Below are positions 46,132 through 56,311 of a stretch of 64,000 bases of DNA, in pieces; position 1 is the stretch's first letter, and each line of letters opens with the position of its first letter. A program made the translations under genes and the position numbers. A model generated the notes under the pieces. The model was not told where the DNA came from and ran no database searches. It saw only the letters and a program-made list of their open reading frames with translations. Origin of the DNA: Phycisphaerales bacterium (GTDB lineage Bacteria; Planctomycetota; Phycisphaerae; Phycisphaerales; UBA1924). Where the stretch lies: contig OZ245804.1 in assembly GCA_965228265.1 (NCBI GenBank), positions 207,298-271,297 of the forward strand. Direction: 5' to 3'.

Positions 46132-47843
46132 AACGATTGCGATTCGACGAACTCATTCTCTTCTCACAGAAGGAAAGGAGCGCAAGAAGGCTCAGCCTCC
46201 ATCCGACCGCAACGGTAATCAAGGGCGACAATGACACTGGCAAATCTTCGCTGGTGAAATCGCTTTATTGGGCCCTCGGTGCCAAACCTCCAGTCATTCC
46301 TCCAAACTGGGAACAATCTGGAGTTGTCACCTCATTACGCTTTCGTGTGAGTGATGTTCAATACCGCGTGATACGTAATGGCGACCGATTTAGTTTCTTT
46401 GACGGCGACGACCAACTGATCGAATCCTTCGTGAGTATCACTCATGGTGTGAGTCCATTCATTGCAAAGTTGTTTGACTTTCGCTTGCAGCTACCGGGCA
46501 AAAGTGCAAGAGCAGAAACGCAAGCAACGCCTGCCTTCTTGTTCTTGCCGTTCTACATCGATCAGGATTCGGGATGGGGCAATGAGTGGCTTCGGTCCTT
46601 CTCCAGGCTGCAGCAGTTTCGATTCAGACGTGAAGATGTACTGAGGTTCCACTTTGGAATCAGACCATCGGATTACTATCTTGCAAAAATTCGGCTTGCC
46701 GAAATTGTGAGCAAGGCGAACGAGGTGCGACGTGAACGAGAGATTCTCGACGGCCTTTTGGAGGATCTGCACAAGGAACTCCGGGAAGTTGATTTTACTG
46801 TCGACATTGATTTCTTCAAGGAAGAAGTTACCCAACTCCTAGAACGTTCCAACCGGCTACAGCAGGAGGAAGAACAGCTACGCGATCGAATGGCGATCGC
46901 ATATGGCGATTTGTCAGCAGTGCGTGACCAATTACGCATCACGAAACACGCGCTAGCGGAACTTCAAGCCGACCGGAAGTTTGCGAGTGAGCTAGAGGGT
47001 GACTCAGTTCAATGCCCAACGTGTCATGCGGAGTATGCGAACGATTTTGCCGAGCGATTCTCGATCGCGGTGGACGAAGATCGTTGCCTCGGACTACTCA
47101 GTGAACTCGACCAGCAGAAACGCAAGGCGGAGGAAGCTTACCAGTCAGCTATGCAAATGACGTCCAGCCTTCGCGCGGAATCCGAAGAAGTAGAGGCCCT
47201 GCTGAGATCAAAGAAAGAGAACTTGGTTTTACACGATGTGATCAAGAGTGAAGGCCGACGAGAGATGCTTGGGCTGCTTCGTCGGCAACTGTCTGCACTT
47301 CATGAGCAACTCGGGGTACTCGATTCCAGAGAAGCCGAAACACGCAAGAAGATGAAGGAATACGACGACCCCAAGCGAAAGAAAGAGATCGTTGGCTACT
47401 ACAATAATCAAGCAGCGCGAATGCTCGATAAGCTTGACGTGAAAAACGTTCATGCTTCGGCATATAAATCGCTTGGAGCGCCGATTAAGGATTCTGGCAG
47501 CGACGTATCACGGGCGGTGCTCGCATTCGTTTTGGCTAGCCTCCGGACAATCGACAAATATTCTAAATGCGCTATGTGCCCACTCGTGATCGACTCGCCA
47601 AGACAGCATGATCAAGATGACCATAGCTTCAAGTTAATCCGCGAAGCAATCCGAGACGAGCGTCCGGATCAGTGCCAGTTAATCCTCGCGCTTACCGACG
47701 ATGAAGGAACGGACTTTGGCGGCGAAATTGTTGAGTTGGATAGGAAGCGGAAGGTGCTTGACACCGAAGAGTTCGCTGAGGTGTCAGAGGAAATTCGTCC
47801 TCTAATCGAGCGGTCCCTCATGTCTAACGAAGATGAAGATTAG
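46128..47843 (+). CDS. Lamassu LmuB-like SMC/Rad50-like ABC ATPase (DUF3732-type)
   Basis: Walker A GDNDTGKSSL, long coiled coil with a central CPTCH (CxxC hook-like), C-terminal LVIDSPRQHDQDD Walker B/D-loop-like. ATGA overlap with the upstream gene. Confidence 0.6.
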   Translation: MKRLRFDELILFSQKERSARRLSLHPTATVIKGDNDTGKSSLVKSLYWALGAKPPVIPPNWEQSGVVTSLRFRVSDVQYRVIRNGDRFSFFDGDDQLIESFVSITHGVSPFIAKLFDFRLQLPGKSARAETQATPAFLFLPFYIDQDSGWGNEWLRSFSRLQQFRFRREDVLRFHFGIRPSDYYLAKIRLAEIVSKANEVRREREILDGLLEDLHKELREVDFTVDIDFFKEEVTQLLERSNRLQQEEEQLRDRMAIAYGDLSAVRDQLRITKHALAELQADRKFASELEGDSVQCPTCHAEYANDFAERFSIAVDEDRCLGLLSELDQQKRKAEEAYQSAMQMTSSLRAESEEVEALLRSKKENLVLHDVIKSEGRREMLGLLRRQLSALHEQLGVLDSREAETRKKMKEYDDPKRKKEIVGYYNNQAARMLDKLDVKNVHASAYKSLGAPIKDSGSDVSRAVLAFVLASLRTIDKYSKCAMCPLVIDSPRQHDQDDHSFKLIREAIRDERPDQCQLILALTDDEGTDFGGEIVELDRKRKVLDTEEFAEVSEEIRPLIERSLMSNEDED

Positions 47844-47928
47844 AGCCGCTAACGAGTGGGGTGCCGTGACACAATCCGTTGGACCGGCGTTGGACAGTGC
47901 CTCGCAGTCCGGTAAAACCTTCTGAAAA

Positions 47929-48001
<73 letters not shown>

Positions 48002-48281
48002 ATTCCGGGGCCTCTCGGCCGCGGAGCGGACCGATCGTAGGTCGCTCTCGTCAAAGGGTCCACATACACCAGCCAAGCCGATTTTGGCTCGCTTGGGATT
48101 GGAATCCAGACACCCATCTGTTCGCATCCCGATCGGGTTTCGCGGGCTTGTGGTCCGTTGACCTATCTAGCCGCCCGCGCTAGTGTTGGGGCCCTCTGAA
48201 GAGGCCGATCCTCGGCCGAGAAGGGGCAACCGCTGCAGCCAAACCCGGGCCAGGGGCCCGTGTCAGAATCGAGGATCCATC

Positions 48282-48482
48282 ATGCTCCCCACGCAAAGAG
48301 TCAGCAAGGGCCGAAGCCGTCGTCGTCGTTCGCATGACGCGCTCACCGCGATCAAGCCGGCGATCTGCCCGGTCAGTGGCATGCCCAAGCGCAACCACCG
48401 CGCGTGCGCCGAGTCTGGCTACGTCCGTCCCGGGCTGACCATCAAGGTCCGCAAGCTCGGCATCGGCGTCGAGCGGGACTAA
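48282..48482 (+). CDS. rpmF: 50S ribosomal protein L32
   Basis: MLPTQRVSKGRSRRRRSHDALTAIKPAICPVSGMPKRNHRACAESGY. Confidence 0.8.
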   Translation: MLPTQRVSKGRSRRRRSHDALTAIKPAICPVSGMPKRNHRACAESGYVRPGLTIKVRKLGIGVERD

Positions 48483-48485
48483 ACG

Positions 48486-49529
48486 ATGCGCATCGCTGTT
48501 GACGTCATGGGCGGCGACAACGCCCCCGACGACATCCTTCGTGGCTGCATCGAGGGGCTCCAGCACCTCGCACCCGATGACAAGCTCGTTCTCTTCGGGA
48601 ACCAGCGTGATATCGACGAAGTGCTCGAAGAGGCTGGCGTCAGTGACGCGCGCCTTGAAGTCGTCGCGACGACGCAGGTCATCGAGATGGCCGAGGCGCC
48701 CTCGCTCGCGGTCAAGGGCAAGCCCGATTCCTCCATCGTCCAGATGTGCCGGTACAGCTCGCAACGCGAGCAGGACCCCGCCAAGCGCTGCGACGCGGCT
48801 CTCTCGGCGGGCAACACCGGCGCGTGCGTGGCTGCGGGCATCATGCAGATGAAGCGCCTGCCCGGCATCCACCGCCCGGGCATCTCGGTCGCCATGCCCA
48901 GCATGCACGGGCCCATGGTCCTGTGCGACGCCGGCGCCAACCCGGAACCGACGGCGACGCACCTCTGGCAATACGCGGTGATGGCCGACGTCGTGGCTCG
49001 CAAGCTGCTGCACATCGACAACCCGCGTGTCGCCGTGATGAACATCGGCGCCGAGGACTCCAAGGGCACGGGCACGATCAAGCAGGCCCGCGACATGATC
49101 AAGGCGACCCCGGGTCTGAACTACATCGGCTTCATCGAGGGACGCGAGTTCTTCGCCGGCGTGGCGGACGTGGTCGTGACCGACGGGCTCATGGGCAACG
49201 TCGTCCTCAAGACGGCCGAGGGCATCGCCAAGAGCATCTTCGAGGCGATCACCCAGGAGATCCTCGAGATCGACTCGGATCTGATGTCCCGCTTCGCTCC
49301 GGTGGCCAAATCCATCTGGAAGAAGAACGACTACCACGAGTACGGCGGGGCTCCGCTGATCGGCGTGAACGGAACGCTGTTCATCGCCCACGGCTCGAGC
49401 GAACCGCGTACCATCGCCAACGCGATCCGATCCTGCCGGGAGTACGTCTCGACCGGGATCAACGACGGCATCGTCGAGAGGATCGCCGAGGCAGAGGCCG
49501 CGGTGCTGCCGCAGACAGCCTCCGCCTGA
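48486..49529 (+). CDS. plsX: Phosphate acyltransferase PlsX
   Basis: MRIAVDVMGGDNAP... and a full-length PlsX profile. Confidence 0.9.
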   Translation: MRIAVDVMGGDNAPDDILRGCIEGLQHLAPDDKLVLFGNQRDIDEVLEEAGVSDARLEVVATTQVIEMAEAPSLAVKGKPDSSIVQMCRYSSQREQDPAKRCDAALSAGNTGACVAAGIMQMKRLPGIHRPGISVAMPSMHGPMVLCDAGANPEPTATHLWQYAVMADVVARKLLHIDNPRVAVMNIGAEDSKGTGTIKQARDMIKATPGLNYIGFIEGREFFAGVADVVVTDGLMGNVVLKTAEGIAKSIFEAITQEILEIDSDLMSRFAPVAKSIWKKNDYHEYGGAPLIGVNGTLFIAHGSSEPRTIANAIRSCREYVSTGINDGIVERIAEAEAAVLPQTASA

Positions 49530-49604
49530 TCCGCTTCAACGCGCCGCGATCCCTGTTGGACGCACGCGGGGCGAAGCCGCGACGGACAGGGAAGGACCGG
49601 GCTC

Positions 49605-50621
49605 ATGCCAAACCATGCTGACCGACAGTTCGGGATCGAGATCGTTGGCGTCGGCGCACACGCGCCCGAGAAAGTCCTGACCAACAAAGATCTCGAAGGC
49701 ATGATGGATACCTCCGACGAGTGGATCCAGCAGCGCACCGGGATCAAGCAGCGCCACAAGGCCGATCTCGAGAACGGCGAAACGGTGCTCCACCTCGCCA
49801 AGGGCGCACTCGAGAAAGCCCTGGCCGATGCCAAGACAGATGCGAGCGAGCTCGACCTCGTTCTCCTCGCCACGATGTCGTCCGAGATGACCTGCCCCCC
49901 CACCGCCTGCCGACTCACGTCGATGATCGGCGCGGGCAACGCGGGCGCTTGGGATATCTCCGCCGCCTGCTGCGGCTTCGTCTTCGCGATGAACACCGCC
50001 TACGGGCTCATGCAGACCGGCCCCTACAGAAACGTCGCTGTCATCGGCGCCGACACACTCACCAAATCCGTGGAGTTCAGCACCCGCGGCCGCGGCGCTG
50101 CGATACTCTTCGGCGATGCCGCCGCGGGCGTCATCCTCAAACGCACCGAGGACACATCCAAGGGCCTGATCGCGCAGGCGATGCACTCCGACGGCTCGCG
50201 TTGGAGCGACCTCTACATCCCCGAGACAAAGCACGACCTGACGGAAGATGACCGCCAGAGCAACGACCAGCTCTGCGTCCTGCACATGAACGGCGCGGGC
50301 GTCTTCCGCTTCGCGGTGGGCACCTTCCCGCAGGTGATCGGCCAGACCCTCGAAGCCGCGGGCATCACCGCCGACGAGGTCGACCACTTTGTCTGCCATC
50401 AATCCAACCAGCGAATCCTGCAGGCGGCCAAGGAACGCTTCGGCCTGCCCGATGAAAAACTGCACGTCAACATCGACCGCTTCGGCAACACCGTGGCCGC
50501 CAGCGTGCCGCTCGTCTTGAACGATCTCCGCGAGGCCGGCCGGGTCGAGAAGGGCCAGAAGGTCATGTTCGTCGGTTTCGGGGGCGGCCTCACCTGGGGC
50601 ACAAGCCTCTGGCAGATCTGA
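49605..50621 (+). CDS. fabH: 3-oxoacyl-ACP synthase III
   Basis: Active-site Cys region AACCGF, HQSNQRI, GNTVAASVP. Confidence 0.9.
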   Translation: MPNHADRQFGIEIVGVGAHAPEKVLTNKDLEGMMDTSDEWIQQRTGIKQRHKADLENGETVLHLAKGALEKALADAKTDASELDLVLLATMSSEMTCPPTACRLTSMIGAGNAGAWDISAACCGFVFAMNTAYGLMQTGPYRNVAVIGADTLTKSVEFSTRGRGAAILFGDAAAGVILKRTEDTSKGLIAQAMHSDGSRWSDLYIPETKHDLTEDDRQSNDQLCVLHMNGAGVFRFAVGTFPQVIGQTLEAAGITADEVDHFVCHQSNQRILQAAKERFGLPDEKLHVNIDRFGNTVAASVPLVLNDLREAGRVEKGQKVMFVGFGGGLTWGTSLWQI

Positions 50622-50663
50622 TTCACCGAATCATCCACCGAAATCGCCGATAGAAACAGAATC

Positions 50664-51296
50664 ATGCCCACCGATCGTCCAGCGCGATCAACACCCACCC
50701 CGCCCGTGCGCAAGGGTGCTGTCCCACGCCCCGTGCATCCGGAGGGCGCGGTCGTCGAATCCGTGCTGCCCATCGATCCGCTCGGACTCGGACAACTGAC
50801 CTTTCCCCTGCGTCGCCCCCGCACACGCCGGGTGCTGGAGCAGGAGTTCGGCCTGACACGCAGACAGGCTCACGCCGTCGCTGTCCGCCTCCAGACCCAC
50901 CGCGTCCTCAAGCGTCGGCAACTCCGCGCCCGCGTGCGGTTCTGGGGAGCTGTGGCGCTGGGCGTTCTGGTTCTGGGCGTGCTCGTCGGGCCGATCTCGG
51001 TCAGCGCCTACCTCGACTGGGCCGCGGGCAGGCCCGAGAGCCACCCGGCGAACCTGATCGTCTCGGTGTCCCTGGCCCTCTTGATTGCTCTGGCCGGCCC
51101 GCTGCTCTGGCTCATCGCCGAGCGTCATATCCAGGATCGACTCGTCGAGGACGAGCTGCGCCGGTGCTGGGGCGAGCAGGAGTGCATCTGGTGCGGGCGG
51201 GACATGGACGGCTGCGTGGTCGACCGCGAACGCTGGTCCCGGTGCCCGGAGTGCGGGCTGCGGTCGCCCATCGGCGCGCGAGCCTCTACCATCTGA
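50664..51296 (+). CDS. Hypothetical membrane protein with C-terminal Cys4 zinc ribbon
   Basis: Two TM helices, then CIWCG...CPECG. Confidence 0.45.
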   Translation: MPTDRPARSTPTPPVRKGAVPRPVHPEGAVVESVLPIDPLGLGQLTFPLRRPRTRRVLEQEFGLTRRQAHAVAVRLQTHRVLKRRQLRARVRFWGAVALGVLVLGVLVGPISVSAYLDWAAGRPESHPANLIVSVSLALLIALAGPLLWLIAERHIQDRLVEDELRRCWGEQECIWCGRDMDGCVVDRERWSRCPECGLRSPIGARASTI

Positions 51297-51299
51297 TCT

Positions 51300-52241
51300 A
51301 TGGCAGACCCCATGATCATCGTGTGCCCGGGACAGGGCGCTCAGGCCGTCGGCATGGGCAAAGTCTGGGCCGAGACCAGCCCGGAGGCCCAGGCCGTTTT
51401 CGACGAGGCCGACCAGGTCCTGGGCACCTCGCTCGGACAGACACTCAGCTCGATCTGTTTCGCCGGCCCCGCCGAGATGCTCAACCGCACCGACGTCAGC
51501 CAGCCCGCGCTCTACACCTGCGCGATCGCGAGCTGGCGGGGCATGTGCGCACAGATGGGCCTGAGCGAGAACGAAGCGCCGATCAAGGCCGCCGCGGGCC
51601 TGAGCCTGGGCGAGTACTCCGCGCTGCACGTCGCCGGTTCGTTCAGCTTCGCCGACGGGCTCCGGCTCGTCGCGCTGCGGGGCAAAGCGATGCAGAACGC
51701 AGCCGAAGCCGTGCCCAGCGGCATGGTCGCGCTCGTGGGCGCCGACGAAGACCAGGCCAACGCCGTGTGCGATGAAGCGCGCGAGTCGGGTGTTCTGGTC
51801 TGCGCCAACTTCAACGCTCCGGGGCAGGTCGTGCTCTCGGGCGACAAGGACGCCTGCGCCCGCGCGGAGAAAGTCGCCGCGGACAAGGGCCTCCGCGCTG
51901 TCGCGCTCGCCGTCGCCGGCGCGTTCCATTCTCCGATCATGCAGCCCGCGGCCGAGGCGCTGGGCGCCGCGCTCGCGGGTGTGAACATCGAAGCACCTCG
52001 CGTGCCCGTCTGGTCGAACGTGACGGCCGAGCCTCACGCCGATGACGCCGGCTCGATCCGGGCTCGCCTGGCCGAGCAGCTCACCTCGCCCGTCCGCTGG
52101 GCGCAGTCGTTCGCCGCGATCATCGAGCAGTTCCCAGAGACCCAGGTCCACGAACTGGCCCCGGGCAAGACCCTCGCGGGCATGGCCAAACGCATTTCCC
52201 GCTCCACCAAAGTCATCAGCCACGACGCACCGGAGATCTGA
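51300..52241 (+). CDS. fabD: Malonyl-CoA:ACP transacylase
   Basis: VCPGQGAQAVGMG and GLSLGEYSAL. Confidence 0.9.
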   Translation: MADPMIIVCPGQGAQAVGMGKVWAETSPEAQAVFDEADQVLGTSLGQTLSSICFAGPAEMLNRTDVSQPALYTCAIASWRGMCAQMGLSENEAPIKAAAGLSLGEYSALHVAGSFSFADGLRLVALRGKAMQNAAEAVPSGMVALVGADEDQANAVCDEARESGVLVCANFNAPGQVVLSGDKDACARAEKVAADKGLRAVALAVAGAFHSPIMQPAAEALGAALAGVNIEAPRVPVWSNVTAEPHADDAGSIRARLAEQLTSPVRWAQSFAAIIEQFPETQVHELAPGKTLAGMAKRISRSTKVISHDAPEI

Positions 52242-52243
52242 TC

Positions 52244-53230
52244 ATGCAGACCCGTTTGAAGCTTTCGTCCGCGCTCACGGGCGCTGTGATCGCGGCCCTT
52301 ATCGGTTGCAAGGAAGAGCCGCCACCCCCGCCTCCACCGCCGCCGCCACCGCCTGCGCCCAAAGCGCCGGACCCGGTGGACATCCAGAGCGTGCTCTCGG
52401 AGATGGACGCCGACGCGCGGATCACCTTCCCGCAGGAAGTCGCGCCGATCGACGCAGACCTGGCGCGCTCCGTCGTGAACTTCGCCGAGGCCTTCCTCGC
52501 AGGCGACGACGCCGAGGTCCGCTCCATGCTCGACCTGGCGGGTCAGTCCGTGCTCGACCGCCTGCTCATCACGGGCGGCTGGTACGACGCGACCGACGAA
52601 CTCGAAGCCGTCCGCGTGCTCGAACTCCGTGAAGCCGGCGCAGGCCAGGGCGGGAGCGTCGTCTACGCGCTCCAGACCCCCGGCTCGGCCTACACGCTCG
52701 CCTGGGGCATCGAACCAGGACCCGGCGGCGGGCTCGTCTTCACCGCTGAACCCACCGGCGACGAGGAACGCCCACGCGCCAGCGACTTTGCCGACCCCAA
52801 CTACGAAGCCACCGGCGGCTCGGCCAGCACAGTCGCCGCACCGGGCACGCCCTCGGCCGGCGACATGAGCAGCGCCCTGTCATCACTCGATCCGATGCTC
52901 ATTTATATGATCGTCGAACTGAATACAAAGATCCAAACGGATCTGGGCATCCCCGTCTCCGACAAGAGCCTTGTCTTTGCGGGCATCTCGCAGTCGATGG
53001 GCATCTCCGCCGAACAGGCCCAGACCATGTACGACCAGGGCAAGACCAAGTCCGACGCCGGCAGCAAACTGGCCGCCCCCTACGTCTCCGGGCTCATCCA
53101 GAGCATGACGACCATCACCGAAGTGCAGGGTCTGGACATCGACCGCGACCGCATCATCGAGCTCTACGCCGAGCTCTCAGGTCAGAGCGTCGATGACGTC
53201 CGCAGCATGGCCGACACCGGCGCCGGCTGA
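52244..53230 (+). CDS. Putative lipoprotein with poly-proline linker
   Basis: Lipobox-like LIGC followed by PPPPPPPPPPPPP. Confidence 0.5.
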   Translation: MQTRLKLSSALTGAVIAALIGCKEEPPPPPPPPPPPPAPKAPDPVDIQSVLSEMDADARITFPQEVAPIDADLARSVVNFAEAFLAGDDAEVRSMLDLAGQSVLDRLLITGGWYDATDELEAVRVLELREAGAGQGGSVVYALQTPGSAYTLAWGIEPGPGGGLVFTAEPTGDEERPRASDFADPNYEATGGSASTVAAPGTPSAGDMSSALSSLDPMLIYMIVELNTKIQTDLGIPVSDKSLVFAGISQSMGISAEQAQTMYDQGKTKSDAGSKLAAPYVSGLIQSMTTITEVQGLDIDRDRIIELYAELSGQSVDDVRSMADTGAG

Positions 53231-53258
53231 ACCGCAACACGATGACAAAGGATTCCTG

Positions 53259-53999
53259 ATGTCTGATACCCGTATCGCATTCGTCACCGGCGCCAGCCGA
53301 GGCATCGGCAAGGCCGTCGCACTCCGGCTCGCCAAAGAAGGTCGGCACGTCGTTCTGGCCAGCCGGAGCGAGGGCCCGCTCAGCGAGGTCAAAGCCGAGA
53401 TCGAAGCCGCCGGCGGCAAGGCGAGCGTCTGCGCCGTCGACATCTCCGACCGCAAGGCCTTCGCCGAGGCGATCGAGGGCGTCATCGCCGAGCACGGCAG
53501 GCTCGACATCCTCGTCAACAACGCCGGCATCACGCGCGACAACCTCCTGCTCCGCATGTCCGACGAGGAATGGGACGCGGTCATCGAGACGAACCTCACC
53601 AGCGCGTTCGTCGCCATGCGGGCCGCCGCCCGCGCGATGATGAAGGGCAAGTTCGGCCGCATCGTCAACATCGCCTCGACCAGCGGGCTGGTGGGCAACT
53701 CGGGGCAGGCCAACTACGCCGCCAGCAAGAGCGGCCTCGTCGGCATGACGCGCACCGTCGCCCGTGAGATCGGCGGCAAGGGCATCACCGCCAACGTCGT
53801 CGCGCCGGGCTTCATCCAGACCGACATGACCGCCAACCTCCCTGAGAGCGTCCTCGACTCCGTCAAGGGCCTCATCCAGGTCAAGCGTCTCGGCACGCCC
53901 GAGGACATCGCCGCCGCGGTCGCATACTGCACGAGCGACGACGCCGGCTTCCTCACGGGCCAGGTCATCACCGTCGACGGCGGCATGACGATGTGCTGA
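53259..53999 (+). CDS. fabG: 3-oxoacyl-ACP reductase
   Basis: TGASRGIGKA, NNAGI, and YAASKSGL (catalytic Y-x3-K). Confidence 0.9.
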   Translation: MSDTRIAFVTGASRGIGKAVALRLAKEGRHVVLASRSEGPLSEVKAEIEAAGGKASVCAVDISDRKAFAEAIEGVIAEHGRLDILVNNAGITRDNLLLRMSDEEWDAVIETNLTSAFVAMRAAARAMMKGKFGRIVNIASTSGLVGNSGQANYAASKSGLVGMTRTVAREIGGKGITANVVAPGFIQTDMTANLPESVLDSVKGLIQVKRLGTPEDIAAAVAYCTSDDAGFLTGQVITVDGGMTMC

Positions 54000-54095
54000 T
54001 TGGCGACCCCCTTGCGCAAGCTCAGGGTCGCACAAGCTCACACTTGCATCAAACACACGGGCCCCTCGCTTACGCGGGGGGCTTGTCTTTTTGAG

Positions 54096-55355
54096 TCACG
54101 ACGACTCGGCAAGCTCGCAGGTCAGCGTGATCTCGCACGGCGCGGGCGGGTGGTCGATCGCGGCCCGGTAGCACCGGTAGCCGTTGAGATCGCCCAGCTT
54201 GCCGCGAGAGATCGCCTCGGAAACAAGCCCCGTGTAATCGATCGGCATCGCGGATGATCGCAGCGAGCCGGGCGTCACCGCGTCGGCGGGCTTGATCGGG
54301 AAGAGCTCGCGCCCCGCGGCTTTCTCGCTCGAGATCCGCTCTTCCAGATTGCCCGTCACCGTCACCGTGGGCCAGCGGAAGTTGACCAGGTCCGGGTGCA
54401 GCAACAGATCAAACTGCACATACTCCACTGGCGTGCGCACGGTCAGGATGTACCGACCTTCGGTGTTGTCCTCGCTGCGATACCTTGGCAGGGCCGCGTG
54501 GTAGCGCTCGCCCGCGATGACCGTCACCGCGCCCTTGCGCCCCACATCGCCCGGCGCGAGCTCGTCATAGAGCCACCCCGTCTGCCCCACGCGTTGGCGG
54601 ATCTCGGGCAGGGGCTTGGAGCAGTACGAGGTCATCAGACTCAGCGGGCGGTCCGCGCCCTCCAGCTTGCTCGCGCCCTCGGGGTCGAGCGGCTCGCGCT
54701 CGAAGGGGCCCGAGGATGAGCCGTCGTCCTCATGCACGCGAAGTCGTCGAATCACCCAGGGCAGATCCGGTCGCAGCCGCTCGAGATCGACGAACCCCGA
54801 GACCTGCACACAGTCGAGCTTGCCCGGGTCACGCGCTGAAGGCGCCAGCGCGAGCGTCAGGATCTGCGCCTTGGCGCGCACACCCCAGATCGCGCTGCCC
54901 GCCTTGAAGAACGCCTTGCGTTCCTCGGCCTCGGTCTGCGGATCGGGCCGAGCGCCGGCGAGCATCGCCTCGAACGTCCGCCGATCCCCCGCGTGCTTGC
55001 GCACAAACCCGCGCAGATCGCGGTCGGCCTTGCGCACCGCGTCGAGCCGATCGGGCGTGACGCCCAGATTGCCCGCCGCCTTGACGACAATTTCGACGCC
55101 CCCCTGCCCGGGCAGGTGCTTGAAGGCCGAGCACGGGTCGGACTGATCCGTAAACCGTGCGAGCTTCCAGGCCAGGGTCTTGTCGAGTTTGAGCGTCCGG
55201 GCCAGATCCACCGCCCGCACACCCTCGAGGCCGGCTTCGGTGATGAGATCCGAAAGAGCCGCCTGAGCCTCACGGATCGCACGCTCGGCCTCCGAACCAA
55301 AGGCCCCGGGCAACGCCTCGGCTGTGGAATCGGGTTTCGTCGCGGCTCGGGCCAT
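54096..55355 (-). CDS. Hypothetical protein (419 aa)
   Basis: ORF only; no recognisable motif. Confidence 0.45.
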   Translation of the reverse strand: MARAATKPDSTAEALPGAFGSEAERAIREAQAALSDLITEAGLEGVRAVDLARTLKLDKTLAWKLARFTDQSDPCSAFKHLPGQGGVEIVVKAAGNLGVTPDRLDAVRKADRDLRGFVRKHAGDRRTFEAMLAGARPDPQTEAEERKAFFKAGSAIWGVRAKAQILTLALAPSARDPGKLDCVQVSGFVDLERLRPDLPWVIRRLRVHEDDGSSSGPFEREPLDPEGASKLEGADRPLSLMTSYCSKPLPEIRQRVGQTGWLYDELAPGDVGRKGAVTVIAGERYHAALPRYRSEDNTEGRYILTVRTPVEYVQFDLLLHPDLVNFRWPTVTVTGNLEERISSEKAAGRELFPIKPADAVTPGSLRSSAMPIDYTGLVSEAISRGKLGDLNGYRCYRAAIDHPPAPCEITLTCELAESS

Positions 55356-55533
55356 GCGAGCATCCTACAGCAGATTCCGGGGTGTATGCAGCACCTTGGA
55401 AAAATCTCTGGAGATTTTTTAGATAATCTCTTGGCGCTGGTCCCATCTCCCGGTACCTTCGGATCCAAAGGCCCACACGGGGGCCACGCACACATGGATT
55501 TGGCCCCGGATGGGCGGGGCAGGGAGACGACAG

Positions 55534-56292
55534 ATGAAGACCACCGTTGCACTGATCGCGGCTCTGGCCGCCGGGGCTGCCTCGGCGCAGACCGTGACGC
55601 AAGTCATCCCGTTCGATTACGACGTCGCCATCGACGTGGCGTTCCCCGAGTTCCAGCTCTTCGACACGATGGGCGGCACGCGCGAGTTGATCGGCGTCAC
55701 CCTCAGCTACGACCAGAGCATCTCGATCACGTCGCGATTCGAGCAGAACTCGCCGATCTCGATCGCGGCCGACAACTTCTACGCCGAGATCAGCTACATC
55801 TCGATCCACCAGCTCGGGCTCGTCGACGACAACCCCAACCCGCCCTTCCTCGGACCGGGCGCGGGCGGCGCTTCGATCTCCGTCCCCGAACTCGGCCCGA
55901 GCGACGGCTACAACGGCTCGGGGCCCGACACCTACGTCGAAACCGTCGACACGGGCATGTTCAACTTCACCGCTGCCTATGACCACAACGATCAGGACTT
56001 CCTCGACGTCTTCACCGGGCAGGGCACGCTCACCACGCTGCTCGGCGGGTTCTCCGAGATCTTCGCCGGCTACAACTCAGACCCCGGCTTCCCCGCCGTG
56101 GATCCCAACAACCCGCCCGACGGCCCCTTCTTCCCGTTCCAGGATCCGTTCTACGGCGTCTTCGTTGAGCTCCCCAGCATCCGCCACCAGGGCACCATCA
56201 CCGCGACCTTCGAGTACCGCAACGTCCCCGCCCCCGCGTCGCTGGCGCTCCTAGGCATGAGTGCGCTCGGCGCCGCTCGACGTCGGCGCTAA
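55534..56292 (+). CDS. Secreted protein with PEP-CTERM-like C-terminal sorting signal
   Basis: Signal peptide MKTTVALIAALAAGAASAQ. C-terminal VPAPASLALLGMSALGAARRRR. Confidence 0.5.
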   Translation: MKTTVALIAALAAGAASAQTVTQVIPFDYDVAIDVAFPEFQLFDTMGGTRELIGVTLSYDQSISITSRFEQNSPISIAADNFYAEISYISIHQLGLVDDNPNPPFLGPGAGGASISVPELGPSDGYNGSGPDTYVETVDTGMFNFTAAYDHNDQDFLDVFTGQGTLTTLLGGFSEIFAGYNSDPGFPAVDPNNPPDGPFFPFQDPFYGVFVELPSIRHQGTITATFEYRNVPAPASLALLGMSALGAARRRR

Positions 56293-56311
56293 ACGATCAC
56301 AATCCAGGTAC

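Noticed and set aside
48180-49391. 403-aa minus-strand ORF
   Set aside because: It is antisense to plsX and has no motifs.
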